From: Candidatus Latescibacterota bacterium
Lineage (GTDB): Bacteria; Latescibacterota; UBA2968; UBA8231
NCBI GenBank assembly: GCA_965243025.1
Contig: CBDETY010000003.1
Coordinates: 1,248,001 to 1,312,000, forward strand
Length of the DNA stretch: 64,000 nucleotides
Direction: 5' to 3'
The notes below the pieces were generated by a model, which did not search any database, was not told the DNA's origin, and worked only from the letters and a program-made list of their open reading frames with translations. The position numbers and the translations under genes are program-made. Below are positions 1-9,797 of this stretch, piece after piece (position 1 is the stretch's first letter; each line of letters begins with the position of its first letter).

Positions 1-199
1 TCTCCTGGCGCCGGAGGATCTCGCCGAAGACGGCGGTGCCGTCGGCGAGCTCGAGCCGGGCGACGTCCCGGGGCCAGAAGAACCCCAGGCCGTTGACGGC
101 GACGACGGCGACGAGCCCGGCGACGATCAGCAGGCAGAAGGCCAGCGCACTTCCCGCCAGCCAGATGAAGGGGTCGCCGCTGCGCAGGAAGGCTTTCAT
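1..199 (-). CDS. pstA: Phosphate ABC transporter permease PstA, 5' part (runs off window)
   Basis: Manual translation MKAFLRSGDPFIWLAGSALAFCLLIVAGLVAVVAVNGLGFFWP...; ATG overlaps pstC stop (ATGA); position after pstS-pstC. Confidence 0.8.
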   Translation of the reverse strand, partial: MKAFLRSGDPFIWLAGSALAFCLLIVAGLVAVVAVNGLGFFWPRDVARLELADGTAVFGEILRRQE

Positions 200-2457
200 A
201 CCCGCCTGTACCTCTCCCGGAGGCGCTGGCGCACCCCTTCCGCCGCGGTGTTGAGCAGGAAGGTGACGGCGAACAGCAGCAGGCCGCTGAGGAACAGCAC
301 GCGGTAGAGGGAGCCCTCGTGGGGGGCCTCCGGCAACTCGACGGCGATGTTGGCCGAGATCGTGCGCATGCCGTTGAAGATCGACCAGTCCATGATCGGG
401 GTGTTTCCGGTGGCCATCAGCACGATCATGGTCTCTCCCACGGCGCGACCGAAGCCGATCATGGTCGCCGAGAAGAGACCCGGCAGCGCCATCGGCAGGA
501 CCACCCGGGTCGCGGTCTGCCAGCGGGTCGCCCCCAGCGCCAGGGAGCCTGCCCGCAAGTCCCGGGGGACGCTGGAGAGGGAGTCCTCGCAGATCGTGAA
601 GATCAGGGGGATTACCGCGAAGCCCATGGCGAAGCCGATGACGATGGCGTTGCGCTGGTCGTAGCGCACCCCGGTATCCCTGAGCCAGTGCTGGAATCCG
701 CCGTCGAAAAGCATGTTCTCGAAAGCCGGGCCGGCGGTCAGGGCGATGGCCGATCCGGCGGCGGTCACCGCTGTCAGAACCGCGAACTCGGCGTGAACCG
801 GCACCAGACGGCGCAGGCCGGGGGTGGAGTGCAACAGCCAGGAGGTCCCCGCTGCCGCCAGGGGCACGGTGCACAACAGGGCGGCGACACCGATTACGTG
901 GTGCTGCAGCAGGGGGGCGAGCCACAGTCCGGCGAGAAAACCGAGGATCACGCTCGGCAGCGAGGCCATGATCTCCACCGCCGGCTTGACGACGTTGCGG
1001 ATCCCGGGACGGGCGAACTCGGCGGTGTAGATGGCGGCGAGCACGGCCAGCGGCAGGGCGAAGAGCAGGGCGTATACCGTTCCTTTCACGGTGCCGAAGA
1101 CCAGCGGCACCATGCTGAGCTTCGGCTCGAACTCGTCGGTGCCCCCGGTCGACTGCCAGACGTATTCCGGTTCCGGGTAGCCTTCGTACCAGACTTTGCC
1201 GAACAGCGACCGCAGGCTGATCTCCGGGTGGGGATTCGAAAGCTCGAACAGGCTCACCTCACGGGTACCGCCGGCGAGGAAACCATCCGCTTTCGGGGCG
1301 CAGGAAATGGAGGCGACCGGGCCTGCCCCGGAGTCGATGTCGAAGAAGGTCTGTTCCGAAGTGGCGTGGTGCAGGGCGACCCGCCCGGATCTGGAGCCGG
1401 TGAGAAACTGCCTGTCCCGGGCGGAGGGAGCGATGCAGGTGATGGCGCTTTCCCGGGCCGGGAAGGTGTGGATCCGCCGGTACCTCCTCGCCCCGGACTC
1501 CCCGGGCTCGGGCACTTCGAACCAGACGCTCAACCCCCCCGAGGCGTCGCCGACGGCAAGCGACAGGTCGCCCAGCAGGAATTCGAGCGCCGTAACCGGG
1601 TGCTCCGAGACGCTCAGGGTCCGGGAATACCGCGGTGGGGTTCGGGGGCCTTCCAGGGACCACTCGATGATTTCCCCCGAGGCGGTCCCGGCCAGCAGCT
1701 GGCGCCCCGATCCGTCGACGACGACGCTGCTGGCGGGTGCCGGCAGCTGCCGGGTCAGGTCGTGAACTCCCCGGTCAACCACCTCGCCACGACCGGGGGG
1801 GCTGCGTCTCCAGGCGCTGATCACGGCCTGCAGTTCGCCCGCCGCGGAGATGCTGGCAAGCACCGATCTCGAGTCGCCGTCGCCGCGGTAGGAAAGCCGC
1901 AAGGGCGGGTCTCCGACTTCGTGCACCTGCAGCGGCGGGGAGAAGGAGACCTCCGGGGTAACGACGCGCCGGCCGTCGACGAACCCGATTTCGAAGCGGA
2001 TGGTTCCGGTCTGGACGCTCCCGTCGGACAGTCCGAGGGCGATCTGCCCGCCGCGGTGGCAGGCCGCGGTGACCAGCACCTTGCCGCTGTCGCGGGGGGC
2101 GACCCGGCGCTCGACCCTTCCGGAAGGAAGGCTCCGGAACTCCAATCCGTTCGGGACCACCGCGAAGGCGATTTCCCGGTAGGGATCGAGCCCCACCGCC
2201 AGCGGCGCTCCTGCCGGGGCCGGGATCGATCCGGTGCGGGCGATTTCCGCATCGCCGAAGAGCGGGTAGGTCTCCCGGGCGACGAACACGAAGATCCCCA
2301 GGACCGCGGCGATGATTCCGATGCCCCCGCCGGCAATGAGGCAGCCTCCGAGGCGGTCGAGAAGCCTGGCGCGTCGACCGACCCTCCCCCGGGACCCCGG
2401 CCCCCCGGGAGGGGACAGGGGACCCCGCGCCGGGTTATTTGGAGCCGGCTGTTTCAA
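196..2457 (-). CDS. pstC: Phosphate ABC transporter permease PstC with large beta-propeller-like insertion
   Basis: KPAVEIMASLPSV, GSLALGATRWQT, GRAVGETMIVLMATGN motifs; WYEGYPEPEYVWQSTGG typical of long PstC. Confidence 0.9.
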   Translation of the reverse strand: MKQPAPNNPARGPLSPPGGPGSRGRVGRRARLLDRLGGCLIAGGGIGIIAAVLGIFVFVARETYPLFGDAEIARTGSIPAPAGAPLAVGLDPYREIAFAVVPNGLEFRSLPSGRVERRVAPRDSGKVLVTAACHRGGQIALGLSDGSVQTGTIRFEIGFVDGRRVVTPEVSFSPPLQVHEVGDPPLRLSYRGDGDSRSVLASISAAGELQAVISAWRRSPPGRGEVVDRGVHDLTRQLPAPASSVVVDGSGRQLLAGTASGEIIEWSLEGPRTPPRYSRTLSVSEHPVTALEFLLGDLSLAVGDASGGLSVWFEVPEPGESGARRYRRIHTFPARESAITCIAPSARDRQFLTGSRSGRVALHHATSEQTFFDIDSGAGPVASISCAPKADGFLAGGTREVSLFELSNPHPEISLRSLFGKVWYEGYPEPEYVWQSTGGTDEFEPKLSMVPLVFGTVKGTVYALLFALPLAVLAAIYTAEFARPGIRNVVKPAVEIMASLPSVILGFLAGLWLAPLLQHHVIGVAALLCTVPLAAAGTSWLLHSTPGLRRLVPVHAEFAVLTAVTAAGSAIALTAGPAFENMLFDGGFQHWLRDTGVRYDQRNAIVIGFAMGFAVIPLIFTICEDSLSSVPRDLRAGSLALGATRWQTATRVVLPMALPGLFSATMIGFGRAVGETMIVLMATGNTPIMDWSIFNGMRTISANIAVELPEAPHEGSLYRVLFLSGLLLFAVTFLLNTAAEGVRQRLRERYRRV

Positions 2458-3415
2458 TCTTGGCCAATTCCTCCAGGAGGACTTCCAGGGGAATCGGCAT
2501 GTAGCCGTCCTTGACGACGATTTCCTGGCCTTCCCTGGAAAAAACGAAGCGGCAGAACTCGCGGATCATCGGGTCGAGCGGCTCGCCCGGCCGCCGGTTG
2601 ATGTAGAGGAACAGGTACCGACCCAGGGGGTAGGTTCCATCCAGGACGTTCTCGTAGGTCGCCTCCCTGAAGGGACCCTCTTCCCCGGCAAGGGGCACCA
2701 CCCTTACCCCGGAGGTGCGGTATCCGATCCCGCTGTATCCGATTGCGCTCAGCTCTTCGGTCACCCCCTGGACGACCGACGCGGACCCGGGCTGCTCCTT
2801 TACCGTGTCTTTGTAATCCCCCTCGGAGAGGGCGACTTTCTTGAAATACCCGTAGGTTCCCGAGGCGGAGTTGCGGCCGTAGAGGCTGATGGGCGCCCGG
2901 GCCCAGGAGCCCCCCAGGCCGAGCTGTCCCCAGCTGCTGATCTCGTCGGCAAGCCCTCCGCGCCTGGTTTTCGAGAAGATGGCGTCGACCTCGGCAAGGG
3001 TGAGCCCGGCGACCGGGTTGTCCTTGTTGACGAAGAGGGCGACGGCATCGAGGGAGGTGCGCAGGGGAGTCGGTTCGTACCCGTACTTCGCCTCGAATCT
3101 GTCGACCTCGGTCGGCTTCATGGCTCGCGACATCGGCGCGAACTGGGCGGTGCCCTCGATAAGGGCCGGGGGAGCGGTACTGCTGCCCTTTCCTTCGATC
3201 TGAATGGTGACCGAAGGGTAGTATCTGCGGAAACCCTCGAGCCACAGGGCCATCAGGTTGTTCATCGTGTCCGAGCCGATGCTGCCGGCGCTTCCCGAGA
3301 TACCTCTGGCCTTCTCGTACGGTCCTACCCCGGAATCGATCTGGATGGTGCCCGACAGGGAGGCCTGTGCCCCGACAAGCAGAAGCAACGCCGCCGGAAG
3401 GGATCTCCGTAACAT
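2435..3415 (-). CDS. pstS: Phosphate-binding periplasmic protein PstS
   Basis: Signal peptide from ATG 3415 (GAGGGG RBS); GSDTM, GKGSSTAPPAL, YGRNSASGTYGYF, YPLGRYLFLY motifs. Confidence 0.93.
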   Translation of the reverse strand: MLRRSLPAALLLLVGAQASLSGTIQIDSGVGPYEKARGISGSAGSIGSDTMNNLMALWLEGFRRYYPSVTIQIEGKGSSTAPPALIEGTAQFAPMSRAMKPTEVDRFEAKYGYEPTPLRTSLDAVALFVNKDNPVAGLTLAEVDAIFSKTRRGGLADEISSWGQLGLGGSWARAPISLYGRNSASGTYGYFKKVALSEGDYKDTVKEQPGSASVVQGVTEELSAIGYSGIGYRTSGVRVVPLAGEEGPFREATYENVLDGTYPLGRYLFLYINRRPGEPLDPMIREFCRFVFSREGQEIVVKDGYMPIPLEVLLEELAKIETAGSK

Positions 3416-3460
3416 TGCCCCTCGATCAGAACTGGTTGCAGGAAAGGGAGCTGCGGTCGC

Positions 3461-3510
3461 TGTAACAATCAGAAAGGAATTTGTTACAGAAATGTTACAC
3501 AAATGTTACG
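3461..3510 (-). promoter_or_regulatory. Pho-box-like operator upstream of pstS
   Basis: Three TGTTAC direct repeats at 11-bp period (3482, 3493, 3504) plus an inverted TGTAACA at 3461. Confidence 0.7.
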
Positions 3511-3569
3511 CTTTTTTTAAGGCGCACGGATCCCTTCCGAAAGCCGGGAGCGGGGGGTAAGTCCCCAGA

Positions 3570-6182
3570 TCAGTAGACGACGTGAACGAGCCGGTGGGCA
3601 GTCGTCGCCGTGGCCGATTCGGAATCGGTGTTCACCTCGATGCGGGCGATGTAAGTCCCGGGGGGAGTGACGGTTCCGGAGGCGTCGCGCCCGTTCCACG
3701 TCATCGTGTAACTGCCCCTTGGGTCGGTGCGTTTCTCGATCAGCTCCTCGACGACGGCACCGCGAAGGTCGAAAACGGTGAGCGCGACGGTCTGCACGGC
3801 GCTGATCCGGGTAACGCTGAAGTCGAAACTCACTTCGTCGTGGATGCCGTCTCCGTTCGGGGTCAGCACCCGGTTGCCGGCCTCGAGATCGCGGATTACC
3901 TGGTTGCCCTCCAGGGCCAGCACGGTCGTGGTCTGGCTGTCGACGAGATCGGTGGCGTCTCCGGGGTCGACCCGCTGCCAACCCGGCGAGCGCGAATTCT
4001 GTCCGGCGGCCCTGAATGACGTACTGGTGGAATAGGTGGTCGCCAGAAAGCGCACTTCCACCAGTTCGACGCGGCGGTTCAAAGGTTCGGGAAAGCGAAA
4101 CCGCAGGCTTCCGGGAGGAGAATCGATCACCTCCAGATCCGGCAGTTCGAATACCGTTTCCCCACCGAGCCCGAAGTCCCCGTCGCTTCCGGCGCGCGCC
4201 TCGACGAGCTCGAGGGTTGCGTCCCCACTCGCCTCTATCCTGATCTCGTCGAACACCTGCCGGGAGGAGCCGAAGAAGGGACGCAGGAAGAAGGATAGTT
4301 CTCCGGGCCTGCCCAGCTGGTCGATCAGGGTCGGTGAGACTTCCCCGATCAGCCGGTCGGCGACCGGGTCGGAGAGATTCACCTGGATGGAGTGCAGGCG
4401 GGCGGCCTCATGCGGGTTCCCGGACAGGACCGACGCCCTGATCTGCATGTACTGACGGGGGCTGGGGGAAGTGATTTCAGCTCCCTTCCGCACGTACGGA
4501 ACGCTCCACGGGCTCCAGTCCCCTGACGGCTCGAACCGGGTTTCGATATCTCCCCGCTTCGACTTGGGCAGCCGGTCGTAGCGGCTCCCGGAGATGACGT
4601 TGCCCCCCGAGTCGTAGTAGACGCTGGTCTCGTCCAGGGTGTCGCCCGACCGGGTTCGCAGCTGCACGCTGGTTCCCGGAGGGGTATCGGCCTCCCATTC
4701 CAGCGACAGCAGGTTCTTGCTGCTGTCGAGAAGTATCAGGTCGGAGGTCAGCTCGACGCCGGCCACGAACCCCTCCCCGTATACCAGCATTTCGAGGATG
4801 CCCCACCACAGCTTCCGGTTCATGAAGCGTCCGAAATTTCCGAAGGGAGCCCTGATGTAGCGGGCGGCGACGGGCTCCATCGAGAACTGGAAATACTTCG
4901 CCCTGTTGTCGGCCGCAGGAATCTCCTGCAGGGCGCCGGCGACGCTGTTTCCGGCCACCCGCGTCCAGGCGAGACCGCCGTCCGGGGTGCGCGACCCGTC
5001 GGAGACCTCGACGGAAAGCTCGTCGATGCCCCCTTCGCCGTCGTTGAGGAACTGCACGGTTTCGATCCAGTAGTGGGCCCCGAGGTCCACGAGTATGTGG
5101 TAGACGAGACCGCCGAAAATGGTGCCGTTGTGCCCGGTCGAGTACATCCCGTCGGAAATGGTGTTGCCGAGGTTCTTCGGGGTCGGGGAGTCGATCTCCA
5201 CGGTCGCGAGTCCGCCGCGCCGGGCGAGGCCGAACAGGAGATTGTCGCCAACCGTCCAGGCCTCGACCTCGGCCAGGCGGGGCAGCTCCCTCCGGTAGTA
5301 CCGGATCCGTCCCCGTCTCTCCGGTGCAAGGTCCCCGAATTCCTCCTCGGTTACCGCTGTTTCCCTGCCGGAGGGTTCGCTCCGGAAATACTCGACCGCT
5401 CCTTTGCTGCCGGCGGGCAGCAGCTCGTAGGCTTCGGCCGGCACCTCTTCGGCGCGGTCGAGGTCGCTGTCGGTGACGACCACACGGATCTTCTCGAGGG
5501 CGTCGCCGGCGAAGCCGCCCCTGGTAACGATGGTGCGGTGGCCCACTCCGCCGGACTGGGACCTCGGTGCCGGGAAGTATTCGAAGACCCGCCGATCCTT
5601 GTTGGGGCGGTCCGTCCTGCCGATTTCCCAGTAGTTGGGAACGCTGGTGCCGTCGAGGTAGAAATCGGGAGCCGACACCGGGGGAGGAGTGTGCCAGAGC
5701 AGGACCTTGAACTGGTTGAACGGGTCGCCGTCTCCCTCCCCGGCGAAGCGAAGAACGATCCGGTCGACGACGACGATGCGCCCCAGGTTGACCTCGACCC
5801 ACCAGTTTTCCCGGCCGCTGTCGAGATCGGGGCTCCAGGCGGTGTTCATGTCACCGTCGATGAGGAAGCGCGCATTTCCGGGGTTGGAGCCGGCCGTCGC
5901 TCCGCCCTGGTTGTCCTCGGTCGCGAATTCCGCCGCTTCGAGGGCGGCATTGACGTTCTTGCGAATGAACCGCGGCCCGACGGATCCGGAGGGGGAGATC
6001 TCGACAGTCCCGCCGGCAACCTCCCAGGCACCCCAGTGGGAGCTGCGGTCGACGACGATCCGGTTTCCCGCAACGAGGTGGCCCTGCTGTGCCTGGGAGC
6101 TCCAGGCGCAGAAGAGGCAGAGACAGGCTGCCGCGAATGCAACCGGCAGGCGCGGCAAGCGGGGTGTGCCTGGGTGTGTCAT
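3570..6182 (-). CDS. Large secreted protein with discoidin/F5-8-like modules and C-terminal FlgD-Ig/T9SS-like domain
   Basis: AAGGAGG RBS, signal peptide, LIDGDMNTAW and WWVEVNLG motifs, C-terminus TPNGDG...VFDLRG...WNGRD..G...PGTY. Confidence 0.75.
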   Translation of the reverse strand: MTHPGTPRLPRLPVAFAAACLCLFCAWSSQAQQGHLVAGNRIVVDRSSHWGAWEVAGGTVEISPSGSVGPRFIRKNVNAALEAAEFATEDNQGGATAGSNPGNARFLIDGDMNTAWSPDLDSGRENWWVEVNLGRIVVVDRIVLRFAGEGDGDPFNQFKVLLWHTPPPVSAPDFYLDGTSVPNYWEIGRTDRPNKDRRVFEYFPAPRSQSGGVGHRTIVTRGGFAGDALEKIRVVVTDSDLDRAEEVPAEAYELLPAGSKGAVEYFRSEPSGRETAVTEEEFGDLAPERRGRIRYYRRELPRLAEVEAWTVGDNLLFGLARRGGLATVEIDSPTPKNLGNTISDGMYSTGHNGTIFGGLVYHILVDLGAHYWIETVQFLNDGEGGIDELSVEVSDGSRTPDGGLAWTRVAGNSVAGALQEIPAADNRAKYFQFSMEPVAARYIRAPFGNFGRFMNRKLWWGILEMLVYGEGFVAGVELTSDLILLDSSKNLLSLEWEADTPPGTSVQLRTRSGDTLDETSVYYDSGGNVISGSRYDRLPKSKRGDIETRFEPSGDWSPWSVPYVRKGAEITSPSPRQYMQIRASVLSGNPHEAARLHSIQVNLSDPVADRLIGEVSPTLIDQLGRPGELSFFLRPFFGSSRQVFDEIRIEASGDATLELVEARAGSDGDFGLGGETVFELPDLEVIDSPPGSLRFRFPEPLNRRVELVEVRFLATTYSTSTSFRAAGQNSRSPGWQRVDPGDATDLVDSQTTTVLALEGNQVIRDLEAGNRVLTPNGDGIHDEVSFDFSVTRISAVQTVALTVFDLRGAVVEELIEKRTDPRGSYTMTWNGRDASGTVTPPGTYIARIEVNTDSESATATTAHRLVHVVY

Positions 6183-6369
6183 GTGCCGTCCCTCCTTTCC
6201 CGAGGCCATGGAGCGGGTCCCGGCCTGACGGATCACGCCATGAGGAAGGTTGGACCTTTCATCAACGGAAACGGCCCGGTCCAGGTCGGGAACCGCCCGG
6301 AAGCACCCTCCGGCACATGACCATCTGAAAGAGACTGCTGTTCCAGGTGGCCTGCCGGCGCCGAGGGAT

Positions 6370-7488
6370 TCAGAAATTCCAGGTGAAGTGAAGATCCACC
6401 CTGTTGGCCGTCCCGTCGTCCAGGCCTTTGTACTCGGTTGTCCAGTGCAGGTACTCGACCGCGGCCTGGAAGCTCTTCCAGGGCCGGTAGCGGTTCACCA
6501 GGTAGACTGCGTGATTCCTGGTGCGCCCCCCTTCCGGCACCGCCTCCTCGTCGGGGGTGTCCGTCATCGCTCCCACGTACAGCTTCCAACCCTGGCCCGG
6601 CTTGACCAGAACATGGACCCAGCCTCCGGAGGAGGGGATCTCCTCGCCGGTCTGCGTGTTGACTCCCTGACCGATGCCGCCGCGGATGTCGGAGAGATTG
6701 CTGCCCGTCCAGCCCTCTCCCTCGACGGTCAGCCTGTCGGCCGCCGATACCGAGAAGTCGACGCCTGCCACCGACGAGGTGAAGTCGGAGGAATTGCCGG
6801 CCACCGGGGTGGCTGTCTTCTCCGACCCTCTGTGGGCCCAGGCTCCGGCCTTGAACTTGCCATGCTCAATTCCGACCCTGGCCTGCAGGAACGGCACCGC
6901 CGCCTCCCAGCCGTCGAGAATCCCGTTTTTGTCCAGGTCCTGCTTGTCCACCGCCCCTGTCTGACCGAGGGCGACTGCCGCGGAGAAACCGGTCCCGGGC
7001 TTGTAGGTCAGGCGCGCCTGGGGATGGCGGTCGCCCAGGTTGCCGGTGTTCCACATCATGCCGTCGTTGTTGGCTGCCGGGAACAGGGGGGAGATCAGGT
7101 CCCAGGTCTGGCCGGCCAGGAAGTGCCAATCCCCTTTCTTCAGGTTGAAATACGCCTTGCGCAGGCGCAGAATCTGGCGCGACTCGCTGCCGCCGTTCTG
7201 GAAATCGGCCTCGATGACTCCGCTGATCTCGCTGCCCTCGCCCACTTCGGCCGGCGAAAATCTGGCTCCGACCCGGGTCAGGCGGGGGTAGATGGTCAGG
7301 TTGCCGTTGTTTTCCGCGCCTGGCGGCTCCGATTTCACCCAGTTGGGGTACTGGTGGTGCGACAGCCTCGAGTCGTCGAAGACGGCGTCGAAGCGGACAA
7401 AGCCGTAGGGTGTGATCTCGCCCGCGGACCCAGGCTCCGGTCCACTCATCAGGCAGACGAACACAGATGCGGCAATTGCTTTCTTCAC
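6370..7488 (-). CDS. Outer-membrane porin, DcaP-like
   Basis: GTG start after AAAGGAG; PYGFVRFD, IEADF, LRLRKAY, LAGQTW; C-terminal Phe (HFTWNF). Confidence 0.75.
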   Translation of the reverse strand: MKKAIAASVFVCLMSGPEPGSAGEITPYGFVRFDAVFDDSRLSHHQYPNWVKSEPPGAENNGNLTIYPRLTRVGARFSPAEVGEGSEISGVIEADFQNGGSESRQILRLRKAYFNLKKGDWHFLAGQTWDLISPLFPAANNDGMMWNTGNLGDRHPQARLTYKPGTGFSAAVALGQTGAVDKQDLDKNGILDGWEAAVPFLQARVGIEHGKFKAGAWAHRGSEKTATPVAGNSSDFTSSVAGVDFSVSAADRLTVEGEGWTGSNLSDIRGGIGQGVNTQTGEEIPSSGGWVHVLVKPGQGWKLYVGAMTDTPDEEAVPEGGRTRNHAVYLVNRYRPWKSFQAAVEYLHWTTEYKGLDDGTANRVDLHFTWNF

Positions 7489-7806
7489 GAATCGCTCCTT
7501 TTGAGGTTGATGCGGGCCGGACAGGGCCGGCACCGCTTCCCGACCATGGCAAACCGGATCGATCGATGGCCGGGGGCCCATCCTGTTCCGAGGGGCCGCT
7601 CTTCGGACCGCCGATGTTCTCGAGGTTCCAAACTTCGTCAAAACCATAACGGTGACAAGGTAAAAAAAATGGCAACGACCGGGGGAAACCGGACCAGCCG
7701 ATGCCGGCCGGTTTTTCCCGCCATTCGTCGAGAGTTGCAGACAGGAATCCTGTCTCTATGTTTCCCGGTCGCAATCCAACCCGGAAATGGAAACAGGAGA
7801 AAAACC

Positions 7807-8328
7807 ATGTCGCGCACTGGAGTCGTAACCTTCGCGGGGGGACCGCTGACCCTGGCAGGAGAGGGGTTGAGCGTCGGCGAGCAGGCCCCCGGCTTCGTTC
7901 TGCACTACTTCGAGGACGGCATGCAGACCATTACCCTGGAGGATCTCAAGGGAAAGCCGTCCATCGTCAGCGTGGTGCCTTCCCTCGACACCCCGGTCTG
8001 CGCCGTGCAGACCAGGCGATTCAACGAAGAGCTCTCCTCCCTGGGGGACGGGGTAAACGCCCTGACGGTCAGCTGCGACCTGCCGTTCGCCATGGCCCGC
8101 TTCTGCGGCAGTGAGGGGATCGCGAGCATGCGCACCGGCAGCGATTACCAGGACCGCCGCTTCGGGGAGGACTGGGGGTTGACGATCGAAGAGCTGAAAA
8201 TCCTGACCCGGGCGGTCTTCGTGCTCGACGCGGATGGAACGATCGTCTACTGCCAGGTCGTTCCCGAGGTTACGGACGAACCCGACTACGACGCGGCGTT
8301 GGCCGCACTCCGGGAGTTGTCCGCCTGA
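7807..8328 (+). CDS. tpx: Thiol peroxidase
   Basis: VPSLDTPVC, SCDLPFAMARFC, EVTDEPDYDAAL; AGGAG RBS. Confidence 0.95.
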   Translation: MSRTGVVTFAGGPLTLAGEGLSVGEQAPGFVLHYFEDGMQTITLEDLKGKPSIVSVVPSLDTPVCAVQTRRFNEELSSLGDGVNALTVSCDLPFAMARFCGSEGIASMRTGSDYQDRRFGEDWGLTIEELKILTRAVFVLDADGTIVYCQVVPEVTDEPDYDAALAALRELSA

Positions 8329-8389
8329 ACTGCCCGGATTCGGGACTCGCCACGCCTCCCGGCTGCATGCCGGGTAGCCGGTTCCCGCG

Positions 8390-9547
8390 TCAGCTTCTCA
8401 CGCAGCGCCGGATCCAGTCGAGGTTGGGGCGGGGCATGACGCCGTAGTTGTAGAAGGAGAACTGTTCCCCCCCGCATTCCCCGGCGGCGGCGTAAACGGC
8501 TGCGAGCGTTTCCGCGTCGCCGGCGCACGGGTGGTAGGCCTGCAATCCGACCACCATCCTCCGGGGTTCGATCCTCGCCTGTTCCAGGGCGGCCGCGACC
8601 CTTTCCTCGACGACGGCAGGGCTGTCGGTGTAAACCAGGGCTCCGAGGAGGTCGCACCGGGAAGCGATCTTTTCCGGCCTGATTCCCGCCAGCCAGCGGT
8701 CCCCCATCAACAGGAAGGAGACCTCCGGGGCGCCGCTTTCCGCCTTGATCCGGCCGATCAGCGAGGTCACCAGGTCTTCCCGCATCTCCTGAAAGGCAGC
8801 GAGCTCCGGGTGCGATTCCACGAAAGAGGGAATGTCCCCTTCCAGCGGCCGCCCCGAGGCGAAAACCCGGTCCAGCTGCCCGATGACCCAGGACCTCAGC
8901 CCCTCGGCGTCGATGCCGCGCCGTTCCGCCCCGGCCATGCAACCGGCAGAGAAGCAGAGGCTGTAGAGGTAGTTTCCGACCGTTCCGAGGGGAACGCCGT
9001 TCTTTGTATGGTAATGGGAATGTCCATACCCGCCGTAGTTGCAGGTCTCCAGCTCGACGCGCCGGACTCCGTAGTTCGCCGCCAGATCGGTGCAGAGGGC
9101 GGTGACATAGGCGCGCACCTCATCCTCGCCCGGACACAGGATCCAGCCGAGGTTGTCGCCGTAAGCGGTCTGCTGGGCGTACCGGGGATAGGTCTGCGCC
9201 AGGCGGCTGGTGTGCAGGCACACCGTCCAGCTGATGAGGTCCAGGCCCTGTCCGGAACAGGCTTCGGCCAGCTCCTCCAGCGGGTTTGAGTCGCGGGCCA
9301 GCGGGGCGACGTGGGGCTGTATGGCGGTATCGCTGTAAAAGCGGCCGTCGGGGCGGAAGTAGACGGCGGCGGCGTCGCCCGTGAGCAGCTTCCGCCCCTG
9401 CCGGTGGGGGCGCACCTGCTGGAAGGTGTGGTATGCGGTGGCGACGCTGATCGCGTCGAGGCCGACCTCGTTGCGCAGATAGCGGACCGATTCGGGGATT
9501 CCGTCGTCGCAGAGATCCCACAGATATGCCCATATGGTGTTGTACAT
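8390..9547 (-). CDS. Hypothetical protein, probable TIM-barrel glycoside-hydrolase-like fold
   Basis: 385-aa ORF with natural composition; YLWDL, ATAYH, LCP...VRAY, FYNYG. Confidence 0.6.
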   Translation of the reverse strand: MYNTIWAYLWDLCDDGIPESVRYLRNEVGLDAISVATAYHTFQQVRPHRQGRKLLTGDAAAVYFRPDGRFYSDTAIQPHVAPLARDSNPLEELAEACSGQGLDLISWTVCLHTSRLAQTYPRYAQQTAYGDNLGWILCPGEDEVRAYVTALCTDLAANYGVRRVELETCNYGGYGHSHYHTKNGVPLGTVGNYLYSLCFSAGCMAGAERRGIDAEGLRSWVIGQLDRVFASGRPLEGDIPSFVESHPELAAFQEMREDLVTSLIGRIKAESGAPEVSFLLMGDRWLAGIRPEKIASRCDLLGALVYTDSPAVVEERVAAALEQARIEPRRMVVGLQAYHPCAGDAETLAAVYAAAGECGGEQFSFYNYGVMPRPNLDWIRRCVRS

Positions 9548-9797
9548 GCGTTCGGTGCTCCGTCGGAAACGGTCGGAAAGACCCCGAATGGCTGGGAGAA
9601 AAACCAGAAATCTGCTGCTGCGACAGGCGAATATAAGCCCCTGGGCAAGATAGAAGGTTTTGGTTGCCTGCCAGTCTGGTGGTATGTATCATTAGCGTCA
9701 ACTTGTGACTGGGCAGGCCGAGGTTTTCGCCGCTTCCCCCATCATTTTACTGGCCAGCAGCCGACTGCCCGGCCACGAAAACCAAAGGAGCGAGAAC

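Noticed and set aside
319-2514. Long antisense ORFs here and throughout (e.g. 37915-39711, 40035-42368)
   Set aside because: Shadow frames of real genes in high-GC DNA.
6250-7806. N-terminal extension giving a 692-aa Tpx
   Set aside because: Antisense to the porin; tpx has its own RBS and ATG at 7807. The same applies to 43318-44970.
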